Below are positions 1 through 12,880 of a stretch of DNA of 64,000 bases, piece by piece. Location: contig CM052816.1 in NCBI GenBank assembly GCA_028534125.1, positions 60,142,001-60,206,000 of the forward strand, in the 5' to 3' direction. Under the pieces are notes generated by a model, which saw only the letters and a list, made by a program, of their open reading frames with translations, was not told the origin of the DNA and ran no database searches. This DNA comes from Lama glama (taxonomy: Eukaryota). A program made the position numbers and the translations under genes. How positions within the stretch are numbered: the first letter of the stretch is position 1; each line of letters opens with the position of its first letter.

Positions 1-782
1 TCCTGATTCTCATCAGGGGGAGAAACATGAGATCCTTGACCCTTTCATGTTACTCGCTGAGGGGCTCATGTGGGGTGAGAGACTGGGTCAAGACAGACCC
101 GCCGTAGACAACTGTTTTGCCACTGACTCTCCAGACATTTCCCAAAGCCCTGCAGCACCCGATACCCGGATCGGCATAACTGCACATACACAGGAGTGAG
201 CTTTCTTTCATAACAGCTGCAGCTTCTCAAGGAATGGCGTTTCTACTGAATGGGTCATATAAACTAGCCCAAAGCCCCCGTCAATGAGAACATTAAAAAT
301 CCAGGAAGAAGCTGAGTAAACAGGGCACTGTTACCTAAAGTGGTCCCTGGCCAGGCCATCTGGGCCAACAGGGATCCACAGGCTACTGAATGACTTCAAC
401 TGTTCTGGACCAGAACAGGGAGAAACTTTTGTGAGGGAAAAAACCCCCAAAGGACAGATCAACCTCCTAGAGCCCTGGTTGTGAACAAAAGGCTAGGGTC
501 AGAAGGGTACCCCATACACTGTGTGGAGGCTCAGACCAACCTCGACAGGAAGGCCAAGGGTGCACTGTGACCCGTGTCACAGATGGAATGTGGGCTGCAG
601 GCTGAACACTGCACTGAAAGCAAAGCAACCGAGTCTCCCGTGCACAGATGTGAGAGAAAAGAGGGGCGTAAGTTTAGGGGAGGGATCAGACACTCTCCAG
701 GGAAGGATGGATGACAATTCTGAGCAGCTGTCTGGAAAGTTCAGGGCTGTTGAGCCCGTTCCAGTGACTTTAGGGAATTAAG

Positions 783-2320
783 ATGTTTGGGGGTAGGAGT
801 TTCAGACAAAACTCTCTGTTTAGTCTAGATTCCAGTTGCTCTGGTCATCCAAAAACCTGGGCATCATTCTTGACACCTCTCTCTCACTCTCTCTGGCTCC
901 CACCCCACATCCAATCTATCAGGAAACTCCATTGGCCCTATTTTCAAAATATATCTCAATTCTGCCCAATTTTCACCACTTCTGCTACTATCTATAACCC
1001 TGGTCCAAGCCACATCATCTCTCGATTACTGAAATAACTTCCCCAGGGTCTCTTTTCCACCTTTGCTCCCCTGCAGTCCACACAACAGCCTATGAACACT
1101 GGTGTGCATATATTAGGATACTTCGATATCCTGACTTTTTAAATTTATTTTTATTGAAATATAATCACTTTACAATGTTGTGCTGGCGTACAGCATAGTG
1201 ATTCAGTTATATATATGCATATATTCTTTTTCATATTCTTTTCCATTATAGTCTATTACAAGATAATAAATATATTTTCCTGTGCTATATAGTAGTACCT
1301 TGTTGTTTATCTATTTTTGTATATAGCAGTGTGTATCTGCTAATCCCAAACTCCTAATTTATCCCCCACCTTTTCCCCTTTGGTAACCAAAATCTGTTTT
1401 CTATGTCTGTGAGTCTCTTTCTGTTTTGTAAATAAGTTTATTTGTATCATATTTTAGATTCCACATATAAATGATATAATATAGTATTTGTCTTTCTCTT
1501 TCTGATTAACTTTGCTTAGAATGATGATCTCTAGGTCCATCCACATTGCTGCAAATGGCATTATTTCATTCCTTTTTATGCTGAGTAATATTCCATTGTG
1601 TTTATGTATGTGTGTGTATATATACACACACACCACACCTTCTTTATCCATTCATCTGTTGATGGACATTTAGGTTTCTTCCATGTCTTGGCAATTGTAA
1701 ATAGTGCTGCTATGAACACTGGTGTGCATATATCAGGATACTCTGAAACTAAGTCAGATAGTGTCCTTTCTCTGCTGGAAACTCTCCAATGGCTCCCCAT
1801 CTTACTCAGAGGAAAAGCCATAATCCTTCCACTGCCTTATAAGATCCTACACAGGCTTGCCTCATCACTTGGCCTTATCTCCTCCTACTCTCAGCCTCAT
1901 TCAGTTACTCACTCCAGCCACACTGGCCTCCTCATCCTCCTTGAGCTGACCTGGACCATTCCTGCCTCAAGGACTTTCTTAAAGGCAGTTCCCTTGGCCT
2001 CAGAAGCTCTTTCCCTAGGTATATTCATGACTCACCCCTCAGGCCCTTCAGGTCTTTTCTCAAATATCAAGTTCTCCTTTGAACTGCTGTATTATTTTTT
2101 CATATCACTGATCACTAATGTGATATATAAGTACATATACCTACATAGAATGCATTTATTATCTATTTATTATGCTTTCTGTCTTTGCTCCCACTAAAAT
2201 GCAAAGTTCCATGAGAGCAAGGAGTTTTATGTAATTTGTTAATTGGTGGATTCTTTGAGCCTACTAGAAAGTCTAATACACAGATGGCTCTCATTACAAA
2301 TAGTTTAAATGAACAAATGA
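783..2320 (-). mobile_element. L2 LINE 3' fragment interrupted by an L1
   Basis: Typical L2 text (cctggtccaagccacatcatctctc...; ctccaatggctcccc...; ending aaatgaacaaatgaa) on both sides of the L1 at 1136-1734. Strand and ends approximate. Confidence 0.65.
1136..1734 (-). mobile_element. 5'-truncated L1, 3' UTR and end of ORF2
   Basis: T-rich tail at about 1136; minus-strand peptides NEIMPFAAMWMDLEIIILS and PVFIAALFTIAKTWKKPKCPSTDEWIKK are L1 ORF2 C-terminal remnants. Confidence 0.9.
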
Positions 2321-2805
2321 AATAATTTAGGGTTAAAGGCACTGAATGGCCCCTTCACCAGACTAGGAGCTCCTCCGGCAGAAAAGTTATCATCAAGGTA
2401 TCATCTCTCCTCCCATTCACACGATACATATTTAATTCAGTGCCTAATCTATGCAAAGTACTTTGCTGGGGTTTAAAATATAATGGTGTACAAAACATAT
2501 ATGGTCCTTCCTTAATGGAGCTTACAATTTAGTGACTGGAGAGAGATACTGAATAGCCACACAAATAAGAAGATTTTTACATAAATACACTGTTAAAATC
2601 ATCCAGGAAAGCCATTCTCTTTTGGATTAGGTTGGTGGCTGATGAAATGGAAAGAGCTGAACTGATTCAGGATTATTCAGAAGTTGGAAAAGATAGGTGT
2701 TGTCAGTGGATTAGATGCGGTTGGAGAGACTTTTATGACAAAAGTGAATCCTGAATTTCTGATATAAGAAACTGGGTGAATTAAAGTGCCCTTTCCATGA
2801 ATTAG

Positions 2806-3734
2806 TGTAGTCAGCTGAATAATGAACCCCTGCCCCAAAGATATCCATGTCCTAATCTCTGGAACCGGTAAATGCTCTCTTATCTAGAAAAAGGGTATTT
2901 GCAAGTGTGATTAACTTAAGGATCTTGAGAATGAGAGATTATTCTGGATTATCTGGGTAGGCCCTAAATGCAATCTCATGTATAAGAGGAAAGCAGAGGG
3001 AGATTAAAAGACACACACACACGGGCACACAGGCAATGTAAAGATGGAACAGAGAGAGTTGAAGATGCTGGCCTTGAAAATTGCAGTGATGTGGCCACAA
3101 GCCAAGTGTGATAATTAATTTTATGTGTCAGCTTGACTGGGCCATGGGACGTCCAGACAGTTGGTTGAATGTCATTCTAGGTGTGTCTGTGAGGTTGTTT
3201 CCTGATGAGATTAATGTTTGAATCAGTGGGCTGAATAATGCAGGTTGTCCTCCCTAATATGGGTGGTCTCATCCAATAAATCGAAGATCTGAACAGAACA
3301 AAAATCTAAGAGGAAAGATCTCCTGCCTAACTGCTTGAACCAAGATGTTTGTCTCCACCTGTCCTCAGACTGAAATGTACAGCCTTGACTCTCCTGAGTC
3401 TCCAGTTTGATGACAACAGATCTCCTCATCCTCCATAGTTACAGGAGCCAGTTCCTTACAACAAAACTACACACACACTGTTGGTTCTGTTTCTCTGGAA
3501 AATCCTCACTAATATACCGAGAAATCCTGGCAGCCACCAGAAACTGGAAGAATCAAGGAACAGATTCACTCCTGAAGCTTCCAGAGGAAGTATGGTCCTT
3601 TTGACACCTTGGTTTCAGCCCAGTGGAACTGATTTTAGATTTCTGGCCCCCAGACTGTGAGAGTATAAATATGCGCTGTTTTAATCCAATCCACTTGTGG
3701 TAATTCATCACAGAAGACATAGGAAACTAACACA
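2806..3734 (+). mobile_element. MaLR LTR (MLT1D-like) inside an L2 fragment
   Basis: Starts tgtagtcagctgaataatg..ccccaaagatatccatgtcctaatc and ends ggaaactaacaca; interrupted at 3107-3516. Confidence 0.8.
3107..3516 (+). mobile_element. ERVL LTR (MLT2-like) nested in the MLT1
   Basis: Starts tgtgataattaattttatgtgtcagcttgactgggcc, ends ggttctgtttctctggaaaatcctcactaatata; 5-bp TSD ccaag/ccgag. Confidence 0.85.
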
Positions 3735-4384
3735 ACAGAAATCAGTGTAAGAGAATCATCTAAGGGTAGAGAGACAACAAGAGTCAGTCTGGAACGTGAG
3801 ACCTGAGATGCCTGTCACACAGCTAATGGAGAGGCAGGCCAAGCAGGGATTTGGATATACAGGTAGGAGCCTGACAGAATGGTCTGAGCAGGTGGTATCA
3901 GCCCCGAGGTCCCGGAGCCTGGAAAGTATGAGAAGTAGAGTAGAAAGGAAAGCTGGCCAAGCACCACGTCCTGAGGAGCTCTCAGCATTGGGAGGTCAGG
4001 TACAAAGTTAGCCTGAGAAAGAAACAGGAGAACATAGAGTCTTTAAGGCCAAGGGAGGTGAGTGTTTTTGAACAGGGTGGTCAATTCTGGAGCAGAGCCC
4101 TGTCTGGAATAGATTTAAGATTGAATGGTTAATGAGGAAGCAGAGACAGCCTGTGTGGGTATCTTATTCTTGAATTCTGTTTGACTGGGAATGTACATAG
4201 AGAGTGCAGATAGTTGCTATGGATATTGGATCCAGAGAGGTTTTTTCATTCCGATTTTCAGATAGAAGAGTTCAGGGCATTGTGTGTGACTTGGAAATGA
4301 CCCACAGAACAGAAACACGTGGAAATGCACGTGACTGTGAGGTTACCTGCTGAAGCCTGAGAAGGCTGAAATGGAGAGCCTGCA

Positions 4385-4562
4385 GAGATCAAGTCTCAAT
4401 CCTGGCTATAGTTTAGGTGCCCATGGGGACATTTGAAAAATCCTGATTCCCAGCTGGCACCCAAGACCAATGACATCAGATTTTCTGAGTTAGGACCCAG
4501 ATGTCAGTCATTGTTAGAGCTTCACGACTGATTCCTATGAGTGGCCCAGGGGGTTCAGAGCA
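4385..4562. mobile_element. MER5-like hAT DNA transposon remnant
   Basis: tctcaatcctggct...ttgaaaaatcctgattccc...tcaga...tgattcctatgagtggcccaggg...agagc pattern. Confidence 0.6.
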
Positions 4563-5573
4563 CATCTGGAAGGCATGGCATTGGGTCTAAGGAGGGTCAG
4601 GCACAGGTGCAAGGAAGTTTTGAGGTTTGGTGGGTATAAGTGAGGGGGTTCCCAACTTCAACTTTGTATTTCCAGAATTCAAGACCAGGTCAAGTGCTAA
4701 GCATGTGCTGAGTGCAGAAGGGATTAAGGAGGAGACAGAGCTGAAGAAAAGGAAGGAAAAATGACAGTTTATACTGAGAGTGGAAAGGGGAAGATGCCCC
4801 AACTGGAGAAATGTGGGAAGAGTGCTGGAAAGTGCTGTGAAGCTGTAGCTATACCTTCCACCCATTCATTCAACTGACATTTGTCAGGTGGACACCAAAC
4901 CAGGCTGTAGGGATAAAACAAGCAAATCATTGTCTCCGACCTCACAGATTTCACAATTCAATGGCGGAGAGGGACATATCAGTGCACAGATTTGGGAGCT
5001 GTAAGAACCAAACACAAGGGACAGTGGGAACTTTGACCCTTGTAGGGATGGAAGTCATCTCTTCCCATTACAGTACTTGGCACGCAGGATGCTCTTGAGA
5101 CATAGTCATTGTACTCCAAGCATCTTATCATTGCAGGGAAAAAGAAGAGGAAACGACAACTCAGCTCTTTATTCTGCAGATATGACTAAAGCAGCCAAAC
5201 AGTACTGACAGATCAGCTGCTCAGCGCCACATGGGGTCTCCAAGCAGGGAAAAGTCTCAGAGCTGTTAGGAAGGGTTGGTGGCAATGCTGAGATCAAACA
5301 TGGGATTTTCTACAAGGTAATCTCCTCGTGACATTCAGAAAGTGGTCACTAGGTGGCAGGGTTAACATTTGCAAAACAACTACCCTTAGCCAGATACTAC
5401 ACAGAAACAAACTTGATGCCACTTAGTGCCAAAACCCCAAACTCTCTGGCCTGCCTGCAGAGGTTTCTATGCCAACAAGATGAAGAATAATAGATAAATG
5501 ATGGTTTCAGGTAACTGTTTATTGTGAAGTCACTAATCGGTGATTATTTAGTTTTATTTATCTCTAGCTTCTA

Positions 5574-6401
5574 GAACTATGCTGCCCAATTTGATAGCCA
5601 CTAGTCACACAGGGCTCTTGGGCACTTGAAGTGTAGTTAGTACAACTGAGAAACTGAATCCTTAATTTTATTTCATGTAGCTCATTTAAATATAAAAACG
5701 GATACTCTGTTCAATTATTGAAAAACTTTTAAGTGTGCTTAATTTCAATCTACTTTTTCAACTGTAAATTTTGTGAAATATACATAGAGATCAAGTATTT
5801 TTCAATAAAAATGTAGTGTCAAATTGAGATGTGGCTTAAGCGTAAGATACACCATATGAAATATAGAATCCCATTAATATTTTACATTGGTTACATTGAT
5901 TTTTCCATTGATTGAAATAATATTTTGATATATTCCTGGAGTAAGTAAAATATACTATTAGAATTAATTTTACCTGTTTCTTTTTATATTTTTAATGTGG
6001 GTGTCTTAGTCTACTCAGGCTGCTGTAACAGAAGGCCATCCACTGGGTGGTTTAAACATTAATTACTCACAGTTTTGGTGGCTGGGAAGTCTAAGATCAA
6101 GGTGCTGACAGATTCAGTGTCTGATGAGAGCCCTCTCCTTTTGAAGACAGCTGCCTTCTTACTGCATCCTCACTTAGCGGAGAAAGATCATCTCTTTTGT
6201 ATCTCCTTTTACAACAGGAGGTCTCCACCCTCATAACCTAATTACTCCCCAAAGGCCCTCCCTCCAAATTCTATCAAATTGGGGACTTGGTTTCAACATA
6301 TAAATTTTAAGGAGACACAAATATTCAGTCCCTGGCAGTGGGGTACCGGAAATTTTTAAATTATATATATGGCTCCATTGTGTTTCTATTGGACAGTGTT
6401 G
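5574..6401. mobile_element. hAT-Charlie element (MER33/Charlie1-like) split by an MLT1
   Basis: Starts gctgcccaat..tagccactagtcacac..gcacttgaa; ends tttctattggacagtgttg. Confidence 0.75.
6002..6337 (-). mobile_element. MaLR LTR (MLT1A-like)
   Basis: tgtcttagtctactcaggctgctgtaaca...gacacaaatattcagtccctggca with a perfect 5-bp TSD gtggg (5997-6001 and 6338-6342). Confidence 0.85.
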
Positions 6402-7927
6402 CCCAGAAGGCTGTGTAGAGTTAGCCTAAGCACTGGAACTTTTATTTAATGAGGAAATTGGAGAATGAGTGAATGTAGGACAAGAAGAAGGCTAAGGAAA
6501 GAGGCTGAGATGGCAATCACCAGACAGTGGGCTGGCCTTCTCTCACCTTGCTCTGCTCTTGACCATGAGACCTTGACCAAATGGACATTTTTTAATTCTA
6601 GCCCAAGAGGAAAGCTGAACCAAGTCCTAGGCATAGGATGACTGGGCAGAGTCTCTTGAATTTCACTCAGAACTTCCCTTACTTCTAGAGCTGGACCCCT
6701 CTCTGCCCTTTGGGGCACTGAGACCTGTCCCTAGAGCAGTTTCAGAGGGGTTTGGGGGTGGGGAGAAGGCGAACAGGCTGCAAAGATTTCTTCAAAGCAT
6801 TCGGGAAAACACGTTGCTGATGTTTTTTCCCCCTTCTTCACACGTCCCTGTCACCATCCTTCTCCTGCTTTATCTCTGACACCAGGCTAGGTGCAAGCCC
6901 TACCTCAGCCCCACACAAACGACTTTGAATGATTTATTTAGCTTCTTTGTGTCTTTTCACCTAGAAATACCATTCAGAGTGTAGTCATAAAGTTTAAAGG
7001 AGTTAATATGTGTAACTTACTTAGTATCTGGCAACAAACAATAAGCACTGTGTGCTAAATATAATGATTATTTCTCAAGAAAAAAATACTTTTTTTCTAA
7101 ATTCCTTATGAAGATGATAAATAGTTGGCATTCTAAATTATAATTTAAAAACAAAAACAAACTTCCAATCCCAATTTTGCAGATCAAACTATAAAGAAAA
7201 AAGTGACAACCCAACAAAAGGTACATCTACTGTGGATTGATAAAACTGTGGTCAGGTTATTTTCCTGGTAGAACTCTGGATTGGAAATGGGCCACCTCTT
7301 GCCCCAGGAAGCATCCAGCCCTCTAGGTATTCAAATTCCCAGTCCATTTCCTGCAGAAGAACACAGCCTGAGGCCCAGGCCAGCAGATGCTTTATATCCT
7401 GTCCTAGGTCTTGACTATGGTTGTGGGTCCCTCATTCCCCACATGAGCACATGATTCTGGCATCACAGTTGACTTGTCCAGACACTACAAAACTGCATTG
7501 CCCCACCAAGGTGGTACCCTTTTCTCAATAACAACAACAAAATAACAACAACAACAAAAAGCACAGATTGGGATATCTCAAAGTCAGTTTTAACCATGGT
7601 TAGGATCTTATTGACTCATATAAAGCAAATATTCTTTTTGTCAGTCATTTAATTTTTTATTGTCTTGTGAATAATGTGCATGTATTTCAAAGCTACAAGT
7701 TAGCCTCATTTTTCACAAGATAGACACATAGTTAAATTTTGAAAATTTTGATCACAAAAATTGCACTAGATTTGATTACAGTTTAAAGCAATTCTATGAT
7801 GCAGTGTGGTCACAAATAAACTGAGTCTTTTGACAAATTAAATGGCTGTATTTTATTAAGCCTACAAATTTAAATTTTTATGCTGTTTTTGCTTAAAGCA
7901 AATTGAACTATAGAAAGTAGAAAGGGA

Positions 7928-8022
7928 TATATGTATGTACATGCATGACTGGGACGTTGAGCTGTACACCAGAAACTGACACGTTATAACTGACGGTACT
8001 TCAGTAAATTGAAGAAAAAAAA
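7928..8022 (+). mobile_element. Very short L1 3' end with A tail
   Basis: gctgtacaccagaaactgacac...cttca followed by an A-rich tail; degenerate TSD aaagtagaaaggga / aaggtagataggga. Confidence 0.75.
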
Positions 8023-10394
8023 AAGGTAGATAGGGAGTTTTGAATTTCCTCTTTCTTACTCTTCTTTTTTGTTTGTTTGTTAATAATAGATTGCAACAGG
8101 AACACAGAGTGTGTTCCAAAGAGGAACACTATGCTGGAATTGAAGCTACACTCTTATAATTTCCCCATACTTAGCCACCATTGATGGACTCTCCATGGAA
8201 AAACTTATTCTCTCAACCTGATGTCAATTTATGGTGCGTCTTAATCACAATATATGTGTATTCAGTGATACAAAATGGATTTTCCTTCTCTTGTTGAAAA
8301 TCCCAAGATGCCCCAGTTCTTGGTTTCCTGTTTTCTGACCCCCACAGACTCCACACACTTGCATCTCCTCTGGAAAAAAAAAAAGCCAAAAGCTAGATTG
8401 GTACCATCTCAGAGGTGAACTGCCTACTCTCTTGCTCAGTGTCAGGGCTGTGGGACATGACGGATCCCAGGTGTTTAGGACCTACCACTCCATGACATAC
8501 CTCCAGCCAGGCACATCCCATTGGCCAGGCTCAACTGACCACTGGATCCCAGGCCCAGAAGCGAAGGAAGCCCAGAGCTGAGATCTTCAATAGTGCTGGC
8601 TGCTGACCCAATCAGACATTTGGGCAACCCCACAGGACCTGGAAGAATGGGCACCTCCAAAACAAAGTTCTAAGGGGAGAGAACAAATGCATTTTGCCTG
8701 GGCCTTCCAGAGTCCAAGAAACATGGTGATCCTGCAGAAAACAAGTTCTGACCGTAAGGGACAAATAGGGTGGAAGGATGATGAAAAGCCATAGCTAAAG
8801 GTGAGGTTCAAAAATAAAAAACATGCAAATCTGGGGGGAAGAAATGCTAGAGAGACGCAACTGAAGCAAGAACTAAATGCTAACAAAACAGACCTTACAA
8901 TAAAAAGATTTTCAGAAAGGAAATGCAAGAGAAGTGAAATGGGAGACAGGCAAGGAAAGAAATGCAGCCTATCAGAGAGCAAAGGAAAAGAAAGAAGAGG
9001 CCTTTTCCTGAGCACAGAGGTGGGAGGGATTCCAAGGTTTGGACCAGCTCTCCATCTGTCTCCATCTGAACAGATACATTCCTACCACTGGGGGTGGTTT
9101 GGTTTTGTTTTCAAGTCAGAAACAAGAGTAACTTGGTAAACACTTCTAGACACAATATTTTTTATGATTTTGAAATTAAAATCTCTCAAATGTCAATCAC
9201 CCCAGACTAGTAAACCTTCCCCCCAAATTCCAAAACCTTTGGTATGTTCCAACTCCATAGGAGCTCAGAGAGAAGTGTTTGGAATAGGTTTTATTCCTGC
9301 CATCTATGGGAACTGGGATTTCAGGAGTCTCCCTGGGACAAGTAGTACCTCTTTCTGGGGGAGATAAAAGGGGACGAGTTCGGTTCCAGCCCTGCCAAAT
9401 TTGGTGGCTTACTGAAGGGACCCGCTCTGCTTTAAAACAGACTAAGGCTGGTGTGTAGGATTCAAGCCATCTCTAGAAACGTGTTTAGAAAATGTGTTCA
9501 GATGTTGCCACATTAAAAGTCCTCTGTGCAGAATCTTAACCTTTTACTTCTAGTTCCTCAGCTCTTCCCCAAACCCTGTCATCCTCTACCCAGGGGCAGG
9601 TCAAGAACTCATGTGATTGGAAAGAACCTCTTCACAGGAGGAAGCAGAAGCAGTAAGCAGAGATTGGGTATGCAAACCCAGTGAGCCACCTTAATTAGCT
9701 TCTTTGTATGTACAAATACTTCCTCTCAGCCCTACTTAACAATCAGCAGTCATGATGGGCCCTAATTACAACAATAAATTGGGCCTCAGGCAGCCACCTC
9801 TTGCTCCATCATTAAAGGGGACTATCTACCAAGGCCTTTGCAGTCAGTGTATCTCCTTAGCACTAGGAAGACCCAATGGCTCATAGTGGTCACTGGTTGT
9901 GAGCAGGGAAGCCCTGGGTGGTCGACAGCATCAGGAACTCAGCGGCTCCAGCAGCAGCTCAGAGCCTCAGACTCTGCACAATTAGGAAAATACTTATGTG
10001 TGAAGTGAGGAGTGGCCTGTGGGCCTGGGGACCAAATCAGCATGTCCTTGGCATTTACTAAGTCCAGATGTCTTCATCTCTGGGCAGGAAGTCAGAGTCT
10101 GTCCAGATGGCATCTTGATTGCTTTCAGCTCAGCTGATTAAACTTCTAAGGCTGACATCTCTCCCAAATACCCTCTCCATTCTATGAAAATGTGGTTGTC
10201 AAATAGTGCCAGGAAGAGCCCCCGAAGACATGGCAAACTGGGAGGGCCTGATTGCAAACCTGAGTGCCTGGGACAGGGCCCCAGGCAAATTTCCTGCCAC
10301 ACAACTGGGGCTTTAGAATTCTTACTATTGCTACAAGCATGGGACTTTCCAGGGAGGCAGTGTGAAGGGGGCAAGATTGTGACTCTGGATCAGA

Positions 10395-10610
10395 CAGATC
10401 CAGTTAGGAGTTCCAGATCCTCAACTTTCTGACCTGTGACTTTATGCACATCCCTAAGCGACTCTGCCTCAGTTTACTCACCTATAAATGTGGGGTAACA
10501 ATAGGACCTACCTCAACAAGTTGTTCTGAAGATTTATGAGCTTATGTACATCAAGTGCTTACAAGAGTGCCTGGCACGTGGTAGGGCTCCCTGCAGACAT
10601 TCTGTTAGTA
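10395..10610. mobile_element. MIR SINE
   Basis: MIR core ctctgcctcagtttactcacctataaatgtggggtaacaataggacctacctca. Confidence 0.8.
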
Positions 10611-10812
10611 CAGTGGGCTCTCTAGTCCCAGGTTCTGCACCCACAGATTCAGTTAACCATGGATGGAAAATATTCGGGAAAAACAACTCCAGAAAATTCC
10701 ATAAAGCAGAACTTGAATTTGCCACACGCCAGCGATTATTTACATAGCATTTATATTGATTTACAACTATTTACACAGCATGTACATCGCATTAGGTATT
10801 TTAAGTCATCTA

Positions 10813-11277
10813 TGCAGGGTCCACAGACATCTGGCAGATTCCTGCTCCAAGGCCCCTCAGGTGTCCCGCTGCTGACTTTAAAGACAACAAAGAACATTTC
10901 TTTCCTAATACATACCTGCCTTAGCTGAGATAATGATCATCTATACAATGCCCAGAAGCCTGACCACCAGGACCAGTCACAGCTCCTTACCAAAGCCCTA
11001 GCCCTACCCTTTCAGGACCCTCTTCCTTCCCTATTATCTCAACATCAACCAATCAGAGACTTGTGCACAAACCAATCACAGCCTTTGGTACCTGATGTAG
11101 CCTCTCTAATAAAAGACCTCAGCAGCCGACCCTCAGGGCTCACACAGGCACCTCTCGGCTGTGTGGCCTGCAGTTGTCTCTGGCAGAGTAACCAAATAAA
11201 CTTCTTTTCTATTTTCACCCTGTGTCTTTGATAAATTCTTTTACTATCCATGCACCAGCCTGCCGAATCCCACAACA
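10813..11277 (+). mobile_element. Solo ERV LTR, 465 bp
   Basis: TG...CA termini, two CCAATCA boxes (about 11049 and 11072), TATA-like taataaaa at about 11107, AATAAA at about 11195, TSD atcta/aacta. Confidence 0.8.
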
Positions 11278-11282
11278 AACTA

Positions 11283-11418
11283 ATCTTGATTTTGGTAGTC
11301 GTTTCATAGGAGTATATACATCTGTCAGAATTCATCAAATTGGTCAACTGAAATATGTGTAGTTTACTGTACAGAAATTATACCACAATAAAATTTTTTT
11401 AAATAATAAATAAATAAA
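11283..11418 (+). mobile_element. Old L1 3' end fragment with (TAAA)n tail
   Basis: catcaaattg...aaatatgtgtagtttactgt...attataccacaataaa followed by an A-rich tail. Confidence 0.7.
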
Positions 11419-12798
11419 GCATATGGGAGGATGTGCGTGGGTTCTATGCAAGTATTACGCCATTTTATATGCGATTTCAGCACCTGTGGGTGTTGGTATT
11501 CATGGCTGTCCTGCAGCCAATGCCCCACATATACCGAGGGACGACCGTAATCTTGCTAATTTTTGTCCCTAGCTTTACTTTGCCTTCTGAGGAGCTGCTC
11601 CTTAAAAACACAAACCAGCATGAGGGCAAGGGACCCACCTTGTCACTCTCACATGCTTTATATTAGAAATAACGGTAATGACCTGTCCAAGGTCACGTAG
11701 GTTGCCATGTCTGACGATGGAAACCTATAAAGGCTGGTGAACTCCTCTCTGCTGAGGTCCTACTTAAGGAGGAAGTCAGTGCTGCACATGGAGCAGAGGA
11801 GTGGTCATCCTCCCCTCCAAACACCACCATCCCGCCCCCAACAAACACTTCCAGTCCTGCTGAGGGGATCTAAGGCTCACCAAGGTGAAGAAAGGAGGCC
11901 ATGGTACCATTTACAGAAAGTGCTGCCTACCCCTTTGCTAGTTAAGAAACTCCTTTCCTCCCATGCTTCACTGTGAAGGGCTGTGGGAGCTTAATCCAAT
12001 GTCATGTTCACACTAAAAAGCCTGGGAAATGTTCTAGAAAGCCTGAAAGTCAATGATTTAATAATAATGTGGATAATCTCAGCTCTTGGAAATGTTAGAC
12101 TCATGTCACTCTTTAACATTCTTAAAGGAAAGAAAAGGGCAGAGTTGGATTAGGGTATTTTAAAGCTTATTTTTAGCTTTAAAATTTCTGATGTTAATGG
12201 ACGATGATTAGGACCACCTTATTTCAGAGTGGAGAGTTAATCTGAAAATCCCAGTTCCCAGTCCTGTGCTCTAGTCCCCATATCCTACTGCCTGTTAATA
12301 TCATATTCATTTAAAGCTTGAGAGAAAAGACCTAAGGATGCCTTTAACATTTCTGCCTTATAAAATACACCAGGTGAAACAGAAGTTGGTGAACAGCACT
12401 GACTCATGCCTAATTAGAAGTTAAAGCTTGACAAATACTCTAGTATGTTACACATATTTCCAGAACCATGTATGTGTAACTGGATGACCACAGAATAGTG
12501 CAACCTAGATTGGGGGAAATGTCCCAAATCAGAGTTTTTAAGTTGTTGTAACACAGGCCCCAGAGAGTGGATGTTTCTAGTGTTAATCATCCTGGGAAGA
12601 GATGATTTCTGGGGCAGGAAATGCAAGGAAAAACTCCCCCTTTCCCTGAGTACAAAGCCAAGAAGGCTTGGGCTCTGAGATGTGAAAAGGCCTGGAGTAT
12701 TTTTTGTGATGGAGGGGAGCTGGCTATGACATGTGAAGACATTGTGCCTGCTTTGGTGGTGGTGGTGGTAGTGGTGCCATCAGTAATAGGGAAGAGAT

Positions 12799-12880
12799 GG
12801 GGAGAGGGTATAGCTCAGAGGTAGAACACATGCTTGGCACGCATGAGGTCCCGGTTCAATCCCCAGTACCTCCATTAAAA
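12799..12880 (+). mobile_element. tRNA-derived SINE (camelid Vic-1 type), followed by (TA)n and an L1 3' tail
   Basis: A box tagctcagaggtaga, B box ggttcaatccc, 3' end cagtacctccattaaaa; (TA)n at 12881-12913. Confidence 0.85.

Larger units (their letters stand above)
10611..11547 (-). mobile_element. MER2-like Tigger DNA transposon, interrupted by an LTR and an L1
   Basis: Ends cagtgggctctc... and ...ccgagggacgaccg flanked by TA (10609-10610, 11548-11549); internal attaggtatt..atcta and gggaggatgtgcgtgggtt halves separated by inserts. Confidence 0.8.

Noticed and set aside
1454..2197. ORFs of 65-199 aa
   Set aside because: Derived from L1 and L2 remnants, not a gene.
12799..12880. tRNA-like sequences with A and B boxes (also 49219 and 51776)
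   Set aside because: SINE copies with A-rich tails, TSDs on two of them, and no complete cloverleaf; not tRNA genes.
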